This document shows, piece by piece, positions 1 through 10,463 of a stretch of DNA of 42,892 nt. Each line of letters begins with the position of its first letter. Positions within the stretch are counted from its first letter, which is position 1. The notes beneath the pieces were generated by a model. That model was not told the DNA's origin. It saw only the letters and a program-made list of their open reading frames with translations, and did no database searches. The DNA comes from Methanosarcinales archaeon. Its GTDB lineage: Archaea; Halobacteriota; Methanosarcinia; Methanosarcinales; Methanogasteraceae. Where the stretch lies: NCBI GenBank assembly GCA_021159385.1, contig JAGGRW010000191.1, forward strand, positions 1 to 42,892. The letters run 5' to 3'. The position numbers and the translations under genes are program-made.

Positions 1-3000
1 GTTATTTCCATTCGAATTACCCGGGGAGGTTGATTTTGGTATAACACTGCTGCTCAGCCCATAAATGCTGAACCCTGACACATTCGCCCGGACATAACCT
101 GCGTACTCATCCGCATCAGTGGTATTGACACCGACATCGTAGACGACCGGACCGTTAAATCGGGACAGATTAAGCCCCGCTGTGAGTTTTATCCAGTCTC
201 CATTCTCGCCGCTCTTGTTGTACCAGTGCATGCACAGTCCGGACTCATCCAGATCGATCTCTTCATCGATGACATCACCGTCCCCATTTCCATCCAGATC
301 ATTGACTGTGTAGTACACCCGGACCTCTGCCCACGTCACGTTGTTGCTGGTTGTGTTCAAGCCATCGCTCACGTTTATCCGGATGTACTTTCCGAGAGCG
401 CGCTCGCCTGTGCCCAGACCGTACGACGAATTCAGCGGATTTGGTGCGGAATTAAGATCGCTCGCATTCGATACCACCGTCACTGCAACGCTGCCGGAAA
501 CATTCCTGCTTGTTACGAGATTGATCACAGTGTCGGTCTCGTTCATGGCATCGATTGAAAATGAGACGTTCGCGGTGGCGCCCACCTGAACGGTTGTGGT
601 GGCGTTGTTGGGCGTTGTGAAGTTGTGTTCCTCGCTCTCATTCGAGTTTCCAGCCTGATCCGTGCTGTTCACGACAAGGTAGTAGGTCGTGTTCCATTGC
701 AGTCCGGTGAGTTTGATTCTGTGGTCGGTCGTGTCTGTTGTGTCCTGCGCAGTCTCAGTGTACGTCCCTGATCCCGATGTGGTGCCGTACCTGATCAGGC
801 TGTCGCCCGATTCATCGGTGTCCCATGTTATCGTTGCGGAATGAATCGTTTTGTTGATGCGAATTTCGGTTATCACCGGCGGTGTTATGTCCTCCGCCAC
901 AAGATCGATTCCTGCCGATGTGTTGGAATTGCCAGCCGCGTCGGTTACGTTGACTGGCAGGCTGAACGTACCGATCGTGGTCGTATTCGTTGTGAACTGC
1001 CACACCCCGCTGTTATTTGTCATCGCCTGAGACTGTGACCCTCCGATTGCTGTCAGGTTGACTGTGACGCTTGCAATCGCGCTGCTCGCATCGGTAGCGG
1101 TCACATGGAGGATCGCGTTCTCTGTTCCGTCTGCCGCAATCGTTGCGGGGCTCGCGGTTGCAGAGGTTATCGCCGGTGCTATCGTGTCAGTGATGTTAAA
1201 CGACGTCGCCTCTTCGGCGACTGTATTATTATAATGCAGCGTAGCGATTGCTTCGTAATTTCCGAGCGCTGGTGATGCCGTCCAGTCCACTGTCCAGTTG
1301 ACAGATCCACCCACACCTGCGGATTTTGAGGAGAGATTCAGTTCGTCCGCAAGCGTTCTTCCACCTCCGCTCACGTTGTAGATCGCAACTGTGCCATTCA
1401 CATCGGTTGACTCGCTTCTCGCATTCGTGAAGTTGATGCTGAAGGTGATGTTGCTGTTACGCTCGACAGCACCCGGAGTTGCAGTGACAGTGATTGCTCC
1501 GGTCGCGTTGATCATGAGGTTGTATGTCTCGGACGTCTCGGGAACGGTTGCGAGACTCCACGCGTTGATTGCGACCGTCCAGTTTCCGGATTGCGGGTTG
1601 TCAACTGAGATTGCTTCGGGACGATCCTGCGCGGCGGACGATTCAGTCTGATCGCCGTCCGGGTCGAAGAGATACATATCCAGGTCACTACTCGGATTTG
1701 TCCAGTTCAAACTCAGGTTCAGGTTGGCGATTCCGGTCTCGATGTCAAGGGCGTAGTAGACCCAATCCCCTTCAGAAAAATCGTTCGGATAACTCCCGCC
1801 GCTCGCTTCATCGACCGTTCCCTCGATGCTATGGATCGCGGAAGATTCGACCGCCTGCACCACGTTAACCGAAACCGGAATCGTTATGTTTCCTGATCCG
1901 CCGCCAACAGTGATGCTTCCGTTGCAGGCTCCCGGAACGGCAGTTGTCACAGAAATCGTCGCAGCGAATGTTGCGTTCCCGTTTGCAGGGACGATGAGGC
2001 TCGCATCGCTGATTGTGATCCAGTCCCCGGCGTCGCCGCTCGATCGGGTTATGTTGACGGTCACATCGCTATCGTTGCGATTGAATACGGTGAACGTCAT
2101 TGTGTGGTTTCCCTGATGCACATTCCCGACGAACCACTCCGAGCGGTTCACAAGCGTGCCGTTACGAAGCGCGTTGTAGGCGGCTGATACGTTGAGCCTA
2201 CCTGCGCCCCGCTCCAGAATATCGCAATCGACCCAATCAGCGGAGTTCATGAGCGCAATCTCGACCTCTACCGGCGTCAGGTTCGGGTACGCCTGAAGGA
2301 GCAGCGCAGCCGCACCAGCCACGTGAGGGCACGCCATCGATGTGCCGCTCATCGTTGTGTAGTCGCTCCCTGCTCCTTCCCATGACGCACTCGCGGATGT
2401 TATATTGACTCCGGGCGCGGCAAGGTCAATCCCCACTCTCCCGTCGCCTGTGGGTCCTCTTGAACTGAAGTCTGCTATCGCATCGCTGCTATCGGTTGCC
2501 GCAACCGCGATTGCGCCGTACGCAACCGCAGGGCTTCCGATGGTGCACTCGCCGGGTCCGGAGTTTCCGGCGGCAACAACAGCAACACACCCTGAAGCGA
2601 CCGCATTTGAGACAGCCATCCCCAGCGGATCCCTGCCGGTTCCATCCCGCTGCCACGAACCGAAACTCATGCTGAGAACGTCCGCATGATGCTCGACCGA
2701 CCATTCGATCCCTGAAATCACCCATGAGTCGTAACCGACGCCATCCCGATTCATAACCTTCGCATTGAAAAGAGTTGCGTTGTTCGCAACACCGGATACG
2801 TCAGTCGTCGTGTTCCTCTCCCCGGCTGCAATCCCCGCGCAGTGGGTCCCGTGTCCGTACAGGTCATCCGTCGTCGAATCGTCTGTAAAATCATGTTCCA
2901 GAGCAATCCTGCCGCAATCGAGATCCGGGTGAGTGTCATCGATTCCCGTGTCCAGTATTGAGATGTTTACACCGGTCCCGTTGTACCCGATCTCCCAGAG

Positions 3001-3504
3001 CGAGGGCGCGCTGACGATACCATCGCCATAGTCCGCCTCCGACGCCGGAGTTGCAGCTGGCTCTGTGATCGCGATCTTCCGGTCCAGCCAGACCTTCTTC
3101 ACGTCCGGATGGCTGGCAAGACACTCGATCGCACCTGCGGGAACCTTCGCAGACACCACATTGACGATCCAGTGTTGTTTTATCGATTCTGCCGGAATCG
3201 CGCCAAGAGACGCTGTCACTCGCTCCTGTGATTTAATTGCCGGAGTCTTCGCGCTCGTGGAGTCAAACGGTATCCTCTGCCGATCTTTTAGTTCGATCAG
3301 AACCGGGATATTCCCGGCGCAGTTCTCGTCCATCGCAGCCATCAGAAGCGGGTCGATCTTCATGCTCGATTCCTTGCAGATCCCATAGTCCGCCCCCGGT
3401 GGTGGCGCAGTTGCCCCAATTGCCCCAATTTCTGCTGATGCTGCCAACATGAAGAACAGTAGCAGCGTCGAATAGACCAGTCCCCTCTGCTTATGGCACC
3501 TCAC
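1..3504 (-). CDS. Cell-surface S8 subtilisin-like serine protease with Ig/FnIII-like and PGF-pre-PGF-like C-terminal domains (3' end runs off the window)
   Basis: Manual translation of the minus strand from GTG 3504 gives a signal peptide (RGLVYSTLLLFFMLAASA) and the catalytic motifs ILDTGID, GHGTHCAG and SGTSMACPHVAG. It also has an FnIII-like segment (HRIKLTGLQWNTTYYLVVNSTDQAGN) and YVRANVSGFSIYGL near base 60. It is absent from the ORF track, consistent with no stop inside the window. Confidence 0.9.
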   Translation of the reverse strand, partial: MRCHKQRGLVYSTLLLFFMLAASAEIGAIGATAPPPGADYGICKESSMKIDPLLMAAMDENCAGNIPVLIELKDRQRIPFDSTSAKTPAIKSQERVTASLGAIPAESIKQHWIVNVVSAKVPAGAIECLASHPDVKKVWLDRKIAITEPAATPASEADYGDGIVSAPSLWEIGYNGTGVNISILDTGIDDTHPDLDCGRIALEHDFTDDSTTDDLYGHGTHCAGIAAGERNTTTDVSGVANNATLFNAKVMNRDGVGYDSWVISGIEWSVEHHADVLSMSFGSWQRDGTGRDPLGMAVSNAVASGCVAVVAAGNSGPGECTIGSPAVAYGAIAVAATDSSDAIADFSSRGPTGDGRVGIDLAAPGVNITSASASWEGAGSDYTTMSGTSMACPHVAGAAALLLQAYPNLTPVEVEIALMNSADWVDCDILERGAGRLNVSAAYNALRNGTLVNRSEWFVGNVHQGNHTMTFTVFNRNDSDVTVNITRSSGDAGDWITISDASLIVPANGNATFAATISVTTAVPGACNGSITVGGGSGNITIPVSVNVVQAVESSAIHSIEGTVDEASGGSYPNDFSEGDWVYYALDIETGIANLNLSLNWTNPSSDLDMYLFDPDGDQTESSAAQDRPEAISVDNPQSGNWTVAINAWSLATVPETSETYNLMINATGAITVTATPGAVERNSNITFSINFTNARSESTDVNGTVAIYNVSGGGRTLADELNLSSKSAGVGGSVNWTVDWTASPALGNYEAIATLHYNNTVAEEATSFNITDTIAPAITSATASPATIAADGTENAILHVTATDASSAIASVTVNLTAIGGSQSQAMTNNSGVWQFTTNTTTIGTFSLPVNVTDAAGNSNTSAGIDLVAEDITPPVITEIRINKTIHSATITWDTDESGDSLIRYGTTSGSGTYTETAQDTTDTTDHRIKLTGLQWNTTYYLVVNSTDQAGNSNESEEHNFTTPNNATTTVQVGATANVSFSIDAMNETDTVINLVTSRNVSGSVAVTVVSNASDLNSAPNPLNSSYGLGTGERALGKYIRINVSDGLNTTSNNVTWAEVRVYYTVNDLDGNGDGDVIDEEIDLDESGLCMHWYNKSGENGDWIKLTAGLNLSRFNGPVVYDVGVNTTDADEYAGYVRANVSGFSIYGLSSSVIPKSTSPGNSNGNN

Positions 3505-3609
3505 AGAGAGATAATTCGGTGCGACCGCACATAATACTTTTGCAGGGTAACTACTCAGGTATGTTGATTGATCGCCCGATTGCGATTCTGTACTTTCTGG
3601 CAAGAAAAA

Positions 3610-3689
3610 TAACCGCGGAGGGCGCAGAGGTACGCAGAGTATTTAACCGTTTATTTCCCCTCCGCGTCCCTCTGCGCACTCTGCGGTTA
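3610..3689. repeat. REP-like imperfect palindrome (30 bp arms)
   Basis: taaccgcggagggcgcagaggtacgcagag (3610-3639) is complementary to ctccgcgtccctctgcgcactctgcggtta (3660-3689) at 26 of 30 positions. Confidence 0.75.
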
Positions 3690-4034
3690 AATTCCCTGTT
3701 TGGCTCATGTTATGTTCCGGGTCAAGCAGTGCCGATATAGCGAAGTCGCATGATCGTGTTTTAGGTACCTCGGGTAGTTATTTTGCAGGTATCTGGCGTT
3801 TTCTGTGGTCGCCAACGGTCGCCCTCATATATGTAGAAATCGCGGGCACCTCTCTGCGCCTTTGCGTTAAGAGGAATGCCAGGACGAGAAAAGTACAAAG
3901 ACGCGCAAAACTACCCCCTTCGGCATCTTTTAAAAAACCACAGAAGTAATCAGAATCAGGACGTTTGATTGCGGGAGGCTGATCCACGCCCATCAAGATT
4001 TAAGTACCATTACCGACAACCCGATTGTAACGCA

Positions 4035-4673
4035 ATGATGATGATTGTTTTTGACATGGACAGCACGCTGATCGACGCTGAGACCATCGACGAACTCGCG
4101 GCAGCGGCTGGCGTTGGTGAGAGAGTTTCTGAGATTACAGAGCGTGCCATGAACGGAGAACTCGACTATGGCGAGGCTCTCCGCGAGCGTGTCAGTCTCC
4201 TGAAAGGACTCTCAACCGAGCGTGCAAACGCGACTGCGGATAGCCTCCCGCTGATGCCGGGTGCAAAGGAGCTGGTGGACGCTGCAAAGCACATGGGATG
4301 CCAAACCGCCATGATTACGTGCGGTTTCATGATCGCTGCACGGCGCATCGGCGACCTGCTTGGCATAGACTATGTGATCGCAAACGACCTTGCTACGGAT
4401 AATGGAACGCTCACCGGAGAGGTCACAGGCAAGCTCACTGAGTGCGACTCGAAAGCCCACATGTTCGAAGACCTCACTCGCAGGTGCGGAATCGATCCGC
4501 AGGAGTGCATAGCAGTAGGCGATGGCGCAAACGACATCTACCTCTTCAAGAACGCCGGGTATTCAATTGCGTTCAACGCGAAGCCTGTTCTGAAAGAATA
4601 TGCAGATGCATCGGTCAATCAAAAAGACTTAAGAGCGATCATCCCAATCATTAGAGCGTATATGAGAGATTGA
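4035..4673 (+). CDS. serB: Phosphoserine phosphatase (HAD family)
   Basis: FDMDSTLI (DxDxT) motif, ITERAMNGELDY and AVGDGANDI. Start placed at the ATG run at 4035 rather than 3969. Confidence 0.92.
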   Translation: MMMIVFDMDSTLIDAETIDELAAAAGVGERVSEITERAMNGELDYGEALRERVSLLKGLSTERANATADSLPLMPGAKELVDAAKHMGCQTAMITCGFMIAARRIGDLLGIDYVIANDLATDNGTLTGEVTGKLTECDSKAHMFEDLTRRCGIDPQECIAVGDGANDIYLFKNAGYSIAFNAKPVLKEYADASVNQKDLRAIIPIIRAYMRD

Positions 4674-4747
4674 CAGAATGCGAAAATCGCAGGCGAACAC
4701 CGTATCCGTTGATCAGCAACATGCTGGAAAAGGAGGATACCAAGTAA

Positions 4748-5605
4748 ATGTTGAAGGAACTGCAGGAAAAAAAAGCGATACTTAAGAATGAACTTGAAGA
4801 ATTTCGAAAGAAACGCAATGAACTGAATACCGAAGCAAGCAAATGGTCTGCGCAGCGGAACGAACTGAACCGGACGTCACGGACGCTTCTGGATAAGGCG
4901 CAGTATTACAAGCAGGAACGAGATAAACATAACAGAAATGTTAGCGAGTCAAAGGCGAATAGGGACAAGTGTAACAAAAAAATCAACGCGATCGATGCAA
5001 CGATCGACAGGATCAAGAAGAGCTGTAATCTGTCCGGACCATCGGTGAGTGAACTCAAAAAGGAGATTGAAAGCCTTGAATTCAGGCAGCAGACTCATGT
5101 GATGTCCCCGGATAAAGAGAGAGAACTCGTAACAACGATTGCTTCGCTCATCAATGAATACAAGGCAAAGATGGCAGAGATCGAGAGGAATGTGGAACTC
5201 AAATTGGCGTATGAAGAGCTGGAAGATCTGCGCAATGAGGCAGCCCTCTGTCATGAAAAAGTTACGGAATATGCAGATAAGGCGCAGGAATTCCATGACC
5301 TGATGATCAAAGTCTTCAAGGAAGGAGATAGCATCAGAATTAAGTCGGATCGCGTTCATAGAAAATTTGTAAAGATTCAGGATGAAGCGGATCGTTATCA
5401 CCAGCAGTTCATCAAGACCCAGAAGGAGATCAGAGAACTGGATAAGACGATTCACAGCATCACGAAGCGAGGTAGGGAGGATCGGAGGAAAGTAGAACGG
5501 CTGAAGATCAGAAAGGAAGCAGAGGTCGTGTACACACAGTTCAGGCAGGGAGAGAAGATCAGCACAGAGGATCTGATGTTACTTCAGCGGTCTGATCTCC
5601 TGTAA
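4748..5605 (+). CDS. Archaeal coiled-coil protein (COG1340-like)
   Basis: Heptad-rich helical sequence with LEFRQQTHVMSPDKERELV and a C-terminal GEKISTEDLMLLQ, typical of this family. Lies next to DUF373. Confidence 0.75.
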   Translation: MLKELQEKKAILKNELEEFRKKRNELNTEASKWSAQRNELNRTSRTLLDKAQYYKQERDKHNRNVSESKANRDKCNKKINAIDATIDRIKKSCNLSGPSVSELKKEIESLEFRQQTHVMSPDKERELVTTIASLINEYKAKMAEIERNVELKLAYEELEDLRNEAALCHEKVTEYADKAQEFHDLMIKVFKEGDSIRIKSDRVHRKFVKIQDEADRYHQQFIKTQKEIRELDKTIHSITKRGREDRRKVERLKIRKEAEVVYTQFRQGEKISTEDLMLLQRSDLL

Positions 5606-5713
5606 CCCGTAACCTGCAACGTCCGGGTTTCCCCTTATGTAGATGTAGTATGCATCTGCACTTCCGCAATCTACTACCGCCCCGCCAAAAAGCGGGGTTG
5701 GGAAATACAACTC

Positions 5714-6856
5714 ATGAAGACACTCATACTGTGTCTGGATCGAGATGACGATCTCGGGCGAAAGGCAGGCGTCGCAAGTCCGGTCATCGGTAGATCTGCA
5801 AACATCGAAGCTGCAACGAAGCTTGCGATAGCAGATCCTGCAGATTCGGACGTTAATACGATCTTCGGCGGGATCGAGGAGTATGACCGGCTAACAGGGC
5901 TGGGAATCGACGCCGAGATTGTGAGCATGGCAGGAGACCGCGACGTTGGTGTTGTGTCTGACAACAAGATTGCTTCGCAGATGGACGACCTCATGAGCGA
6001 GTATGCGTTCGACAACGCGACCCTTGTATCGGATGGCGCAGAGGACGAGTCTGTGCTTCCGATCATCCAGTCCAGACTCGCGGTCAACTCGGTAAAAAGG
6101 ATACGAGTCAAGCAGAGCGAGAGCATAGAGGGCACGTACTATCTCCTGAAAGAGTTTCTCAGTGATCCGAAGGTTCGGGGTGCGCTATTCATCCCTATCG
6201 GGCTTGCTTGCATCGCTTATGCGGCGTCCTCCCTTGTGGGCAGACCCGAACTTGCGGTCGCAGCCATAATTGGCTCAGTCGGGGCATATCTGCTGTACAG
6301 TGGTTATGGAGTAGGAGAGTCGATAGAACGGCACCGCGAGAGCGCAACCGAGTCCCTGTACCGCGGCAAGATCGGCTTCGTCACGTATCTCGCAGCGATC
6401 CTGATCGGGGTCATCGCCACAGTCCAGGGCGCAAACGCCTGCTGGGAAGGGCTCACCAGCGAGATCTTCCCGGGATATCTCCTGCTATCGATGATCTTCG
6501 TGCAGGCGTCGGTCTGGTGGTATGTTGCTGCCGGAGTCTCACTCGGCTTCGGAAAGATCGTTGATCTGCACCTCGATAGACGGGTCATCGGGCGGGTGTG
6601 GGCGTTTCCGTTCTCGGTTGTTGCCATCGGACTTCTGCTGTGGGGTGCAAGTGCGTACATTCTCGCAGCCACTGGCGAGTATGCCGGGTACGGCATCCAG
6701 CACCTCGCATTGTCGATCGGCGGCGCTATCGTGATCGCGCTCACCGGAATCTATGTTTCGACGAGAGACACGAGAGGTACGGGAGCTGTGAGGGGCACGA
6801 GAGATGACAGAAATCAGGAAGGGGAGATGCAACATGTTGATACTCATAATTCTTGA
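5714..6856 (+). CDS. DUF373 family membrane protein
   Basis: N-terminal [28 protein letters not shown] and [12 protein letters not shown] motifs, followed by several TM helices. Confidence 0.85.
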   Translation: MKTLILCLDRDDDLGRKAGVASPVIGRSANIEAATKLAIADPADSDVNTIFGGIEEYDRLTGLGIDAEIVSMAGDRDVGVVSDNKIASQMDDLMSEYAFDNATLVSDGAEDESVLPIIQSRLAVNSVKRIRVKQSESIEGTYYLLKEFLSDPKVRGALFIPIGLACIAYAASSLVGRPELAVAAIIGSVGAYLLYSGYGVGESIERHRESATESLYRGKIGFVTYLAAILIGVIATVQGANACWEGLTSEIFPGYLLLSMIFVQASVWWYVAAGVSLGFGKIVDLHLDRRVIGRVWAFPFSVVAIGLLLWGASAYILAATGEYAGYGIQHLALSIGGAIVIALTGIYVSTRDTRGTGAVRGTRDDRNQEGEMQHVDTHNS

Positions 6857-8336
6857 CGGGTTCGGGCTGAGCGAATCCGACAGCGGCAATGCAATCGCAC
6901 ACGCAAACACACCAAACCTCGACCGCCTGCGCGAACGTTATCCGACATGCACGCTCTCTGCGTCAGGGGAGGCTGTCGGGCTTCCCGATGGGCAGATGGG
7001 AAACTCTGAAGTGGGGCACCTGAATATTGGTGCCGGACGTGTCGTGTACCAGGATTTAACCCGCATAAGTAAGGCGATATCCGACAAAACGTTCTTCGAG
7101 AATCCGGTTATCCTGAAAGCGGTCGAACATGCGAAGACGCACGATTCGTGCCTGCATCTGATGGGTCTCGTCTCGGACGGCGGCGTGCACAGCCATCTCT
7201 CGCACCTTCTCGCCTTAATGAGGCTCGCGTCAGAGAAGAACGTTCGCGCGCAGGTTCATGCGTTTCTTGACGGCAGGGATGTGCCGCCGAGAAGCGCGCT
7301 CGAATACATAAATGCGGTCGACGGATACGAGGGATGCCGGATTGGCACAGTTTCCGGGAGATACTACGCAATGGACCGTGATAACCGCTGGGAGCGGGTG
7401 GAGAAGGCATATCGCGCCCTTGTCGCAGGAGAAGGCGAATCCGCGGTGAGCGCAGAGGACGCCGTTCTGAAGGCGTACGAGCGCGGCGAGGACGACGAGT
7501 TCGTGCTGCCAACAGCAATCGAGGGCTCAGCTCCGATCGCTGACCGCGACTCGATCATCTTCTTCAACTTCAGGCCCGACCGCGCCCGCCAGATCACACG
7601 CGCGTTCGTGGATTCGGATTTCGATCATTTCAAGCGCAGGAAGCTCTCCAACCTCTATTTTGCGTGCATGACCGAATACGACGCGACGATCGACGCGGAT
7701 GTTGCATACCCGCATGAGAAGATCAAAAACACGCTCGGAGAGGTTCTGTCGAGAGCGGGTTTGCGGCAACTGCGCATCGCAGAGACCGAGAAGTATGCGC
7801 ATGTCACGTTCTTCTTCAATGGCGGCGTCGAGGCACCGAACCCGGGCGAGGATCGCTGCCTGATACCGTCTCCGAAGGTTGCAACGTACGATCTGTTGCC
7901 TGAGATGAGTGCTTACGAGGTTACCGATGCTCTTCTCGAACGGATCGGGTCGTACGACGTTGTGATCCTGAATTATGCGAACTGCGACATGGTCGGGCAC
8001 ACCGGCATATTCGAGGCTGCCGTGACCGCTGTGGAGACGGTTGACAGTTGCGTCGGCAGGGTTGAGGGCGCAGTCCGGAAGATTCACGGGTCTGCGATCA
8101 TTATTGCGGATCACGGCAACGCTGAAGTGATGGCAGAGGAAGACGGGACCCCCCACACCGCACACACCACGAACCCGGTTCCGCTGATACTTGTTTCGGA
8201 GGAGGTGGGGTCGGGAGTGGGCGTCCGGGACGGAAAACTTGCTGATGTTGCGCCAACGATTCTTGAGCTGCTCGGGATCCCGAAACCCGCGGAGATGACA
8301 GGGGAGTCGGTTATAGTGTCGGGACGTTCGGGATAG
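6834..8336 (+). CDS. gpmI: 2,3-bisphosphoglycerate-independent phosphoglycerate mutase
   Basis: [52 protein letters not shown] and HTAHT motifs. Start placed at 6834. Confidence 0.95.
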   Translation: MLILIILDGFGLSESDSGNAIAHANTPNLDRLRERYPTCTLSASGEAVGLPDGQMGNSEVGHLNIGAGRVVYQDLTRISKAISDKTFFENPVILKAVEHAKTHDSCLHLMGLVSDGGVHSHLSHLLALMRLASEKNVRAQVHAFLDGRDVPPRSALEYINAVDGYEGCRIGTVSGRYYAMDRDNRWERVEKAYRALVAGEGESAVSAEDAVLKAYERGEDDEFVLPTAIEGSAPIADRDSIIFFNFRPDRARQITRAFVDSDFDHFKRRKLSNLYFACMTEYDATIDADVAYPHEKIKNTLGEVLSRAGLRQLRIAETEKYAHVTFFFNGGVEAPNPGEDRCLIPSPKVATYDLLPEMSAYEVTDALLERIGSYDVVILNYANCDMVGHTGIFEAAVTAVETVDSCVGRVEGAVRKIHGSAIIIADHGNAEVMAEEDGTPHTAHTTNPVPLILVSEEVGSGVGVRDGKLADVAPTILELLGIPKPAEMTGESVIVSGRSG

Positions 8337-8438
8337 GGGGTTTGACGTATGGCGCGCCAGTGGATAACTGAATCAAACCACAACACCATATACGCAGCCG
8401 GGCAAAGCAACGTCGAGTTTGAAAAGAATACGATCGAC

Positions 8439-10463
8439 ATGGATCCTGCATATCATGCGCTACAAAAATATTTCGGTTACACCACATTCCTACCACTCCA
8501 AAAGGATATTATCCAGGATATCCTGCTGAAAAAAGATGTTTTTGTCCTGATGCCAACGGGTGGCGGCAAATCTCTGTGTTATCAATTGCCAGCCCTTCTC
8601 CTCGATGGCGTAACGATTGTTGTGTCTCCGCTCATCGCTTTGATGAAGGATCAGGTTGACGCTTTGAAGGCGAATGGGATCGCCGCAGCCCATATCAATA
8701 GCTCTCTTAGTTATGATGAGATGCAAAATGTAAAATTGGACCTTGCAGAGCATATAGTCAGTATTCTGTACGTGGCTCCGGAAAGACTAATGGTTCCCGA
8801 CTTCTTATCGGCTTTGAAGCGTTTGAATGTCAGTTTGATCGCTATTGACGAAGCCCACTGCATATCAGAATGGGGGCATGATTTCAGACCCGGATACCGT
8901 CAGTTGGAAGTGCTCAAAGAACATTTTCCAAAAGTTCCTCTGGTTGCGCTGACCGCAACCGCCACATCACGAGTGCAGGAGGATATCACAACACAGCTAA
9001 AACTGTCCGATCCAAAGACATATAAGGCGAGTTTTAACCGAAAAAATCTATTTTATCAGGTTAAACCAAAAGACAATGCATACGATCAGTTACTTCAGTA
9101 TCTAAAGGGTCATAAAAATGATTCGGGGATCATTTATTGTTTCAGTCGTAAATCTGCCGATGATCTGGCAAACAAACTTAAAAAAGAGGGTCATCGTGCT
9201 TTGCCTTATCACGCAGGGTTAAAATCCGATTTAAGGGCTGAAACGCAGGATAAATTCATTAAAGACGATGTTGAGATAATTGTGGCGACAGTAGCGTTTG
9301 GGATGGGGATAGACAAATCCAATGTCCGTTTCGTGATCCATTACGATCTGCCGAAGAACCTTGAAACGTATTATCAGGAGACTGGAAGGGCTGGAAGAGA
9401 CGGAGAAGACAGTGATTGCATCATCTTCTTCAGTCGTTCCGATATGGGAAAAATATCGTATTTTATCGAGCAAAAAGAGGATGAAACAGAAAAACAGATC
9501 GCGTATAAGAAATTACGTGATATGGTTTCTTTCTGTGAGACTGGAACCTGCCGCAGGAAAGTTTTGTTGGAATATTTCGGCGAAATGTATGATGAAGTGA
9601 ATTGCGGCAATTGTGATAACTGCCTGGATCCAAAAGAGACGATCGATGGAACAATCATCGCTCAAAAGATCGTGTCGTGTGTTTCCCAGATAGGCGAAAG
9701 ATTTGGAATAAATTATATAGCTGATATTTTGTGCGGTTCGAGGATTCAAAAGATAATCCGCAACCGGCACAATATTGTAGCCGCTCATGGTGATGGGAAG
9801 GAATACTCAAAGAAGCAGTGGCAGGCTTTTACAAAGGAACTCGTTCGACTTGGTTACCTGAAGTCGGAAGGTGACAGGTACCCGATCATAAAACTGACAC
9901 CGGATGGTTGTGATATTTTATCCGGGGCTAAAGGGGTTTTGTTGACAAAACCGGAAGAAGAAGTTAAGATATTGCAAAAGGATGTTGATGGTAGTTTCGA
10001 TCACGACTTATTTGAAATTTTAAGGAGTTTGAGAAAGAAACTTGCCGATGATGCCAGTATGCCGCCGTACATCATTTTCCATGACTCAAGTTTGATAGAG
10101 ATGGCGACATATTTCCCGCGAAATCGATCAGACTTTCGGACGATTGTAGGTGTCGGTGAAAGCAAGTTGGAGACATACGGGGAACTGTTTTTAAATGAAA
10201 TAATTAGTTACTGTGAGAAACGCGAACATGCGCCACCTTTTCCCATCGAAGAAGAGGCGTATTCTGATAAATCCGGAGCATACTCGGTAAAGAAGATTCA
10301 AGAAACCCATCCGCGAGCGTATGAGCCGTGGACAGAGGACGAAGATGAAATGTTAACCGCTGACTACAAAGCTGGCAAAACCATCGAAGAGCTTATGGGA
10401 CTATTCGGGCGGCAAAGGGGCGGCATCAAGTCGAGATTAATGAAATTGGGGCTGCTTTCATAG
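8439..10463 (+). CDS. recQ: ATP-dependent DNA helicase RecQ (helicase, RQC, HRDC and an extra C-terminal helical domain)
   Basis: MPTGGGKSLCYQ, DEAHCISEWGHDFRP, YYQETGRAGRDG, Zn-binding CRR...CGNCDNC, and HRDC (PPYIIFHDSSL). Likely start MDPAY at 8439. AT-richer than its neighbours. Confidence 0.95.
   Translation: MDPAYHALQKYFGYTTFLPLQKDIIQDILLKKDVFVLMPTGGGKSLCYQLPALLLDGVTIVVSPLIALMKDQVDALKANGIAAAHINSSLSYDEMQNVKLDLAEHIVSILYVAPERLMVPDFLSALKRLNVSLIAIDEAHCISEWGHDFRPGYRQLEVLKEHFPKVPLVALTATATSRVQEDITTQLKLSDPKTYKASFNRKNLFYQVKPKDNAYDQLLQYLKGHKNDSGIIYCFSRKSADDLANKLKKEGHRALPYHAGLKSDLRAETQDKFIKDDVEIIVATVAFGMGIDKSNVRFVIHYDLPKNLETYYQETGRAGRDGEDSDCIIFFSRSDMGKISYFIEQKEDETEKQIAYKKLRDMVSFCETGTCRRKVLLEYFGEMYDEVNCGNCDNCLDPKETIDGTIIAQKIVSCVSQIGERFGINYIADILCGSRIQKIIRNRHNIVAAHGDGKEYSKKQWQAFTKELVRLGYLKSEGDRYPIIKLTPDGCDILSGAKGVLLTKPEEEVKILQKDVDGSFDHDLFEILRSLRKKLADDASMPPYIIFHDSSLIEMATYFPRNRSDFRTIVGVGESKLETYGELFLNEIISYCEKREHAPPFPIEEEAYSDKSGAYSVKKIQETHPRAYEPWTEDEDEMLTADYKAGKTIEELMGLFGRQRGGIKSRLMKLGLLS

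Noticed and set aside
226..3452. Many short ORFs in the track over 226-3452
   Set aside because: They are shadows of the long minus-strand subtilase, which the track missed because it has no stop in the window.
5679..5696. Hairpin ccccgc-caaaaa-gcgggg upstream of DUF373
   Set aside because: A six-bp stem without a U-tract is too weak to call a terminator or regulatory element.
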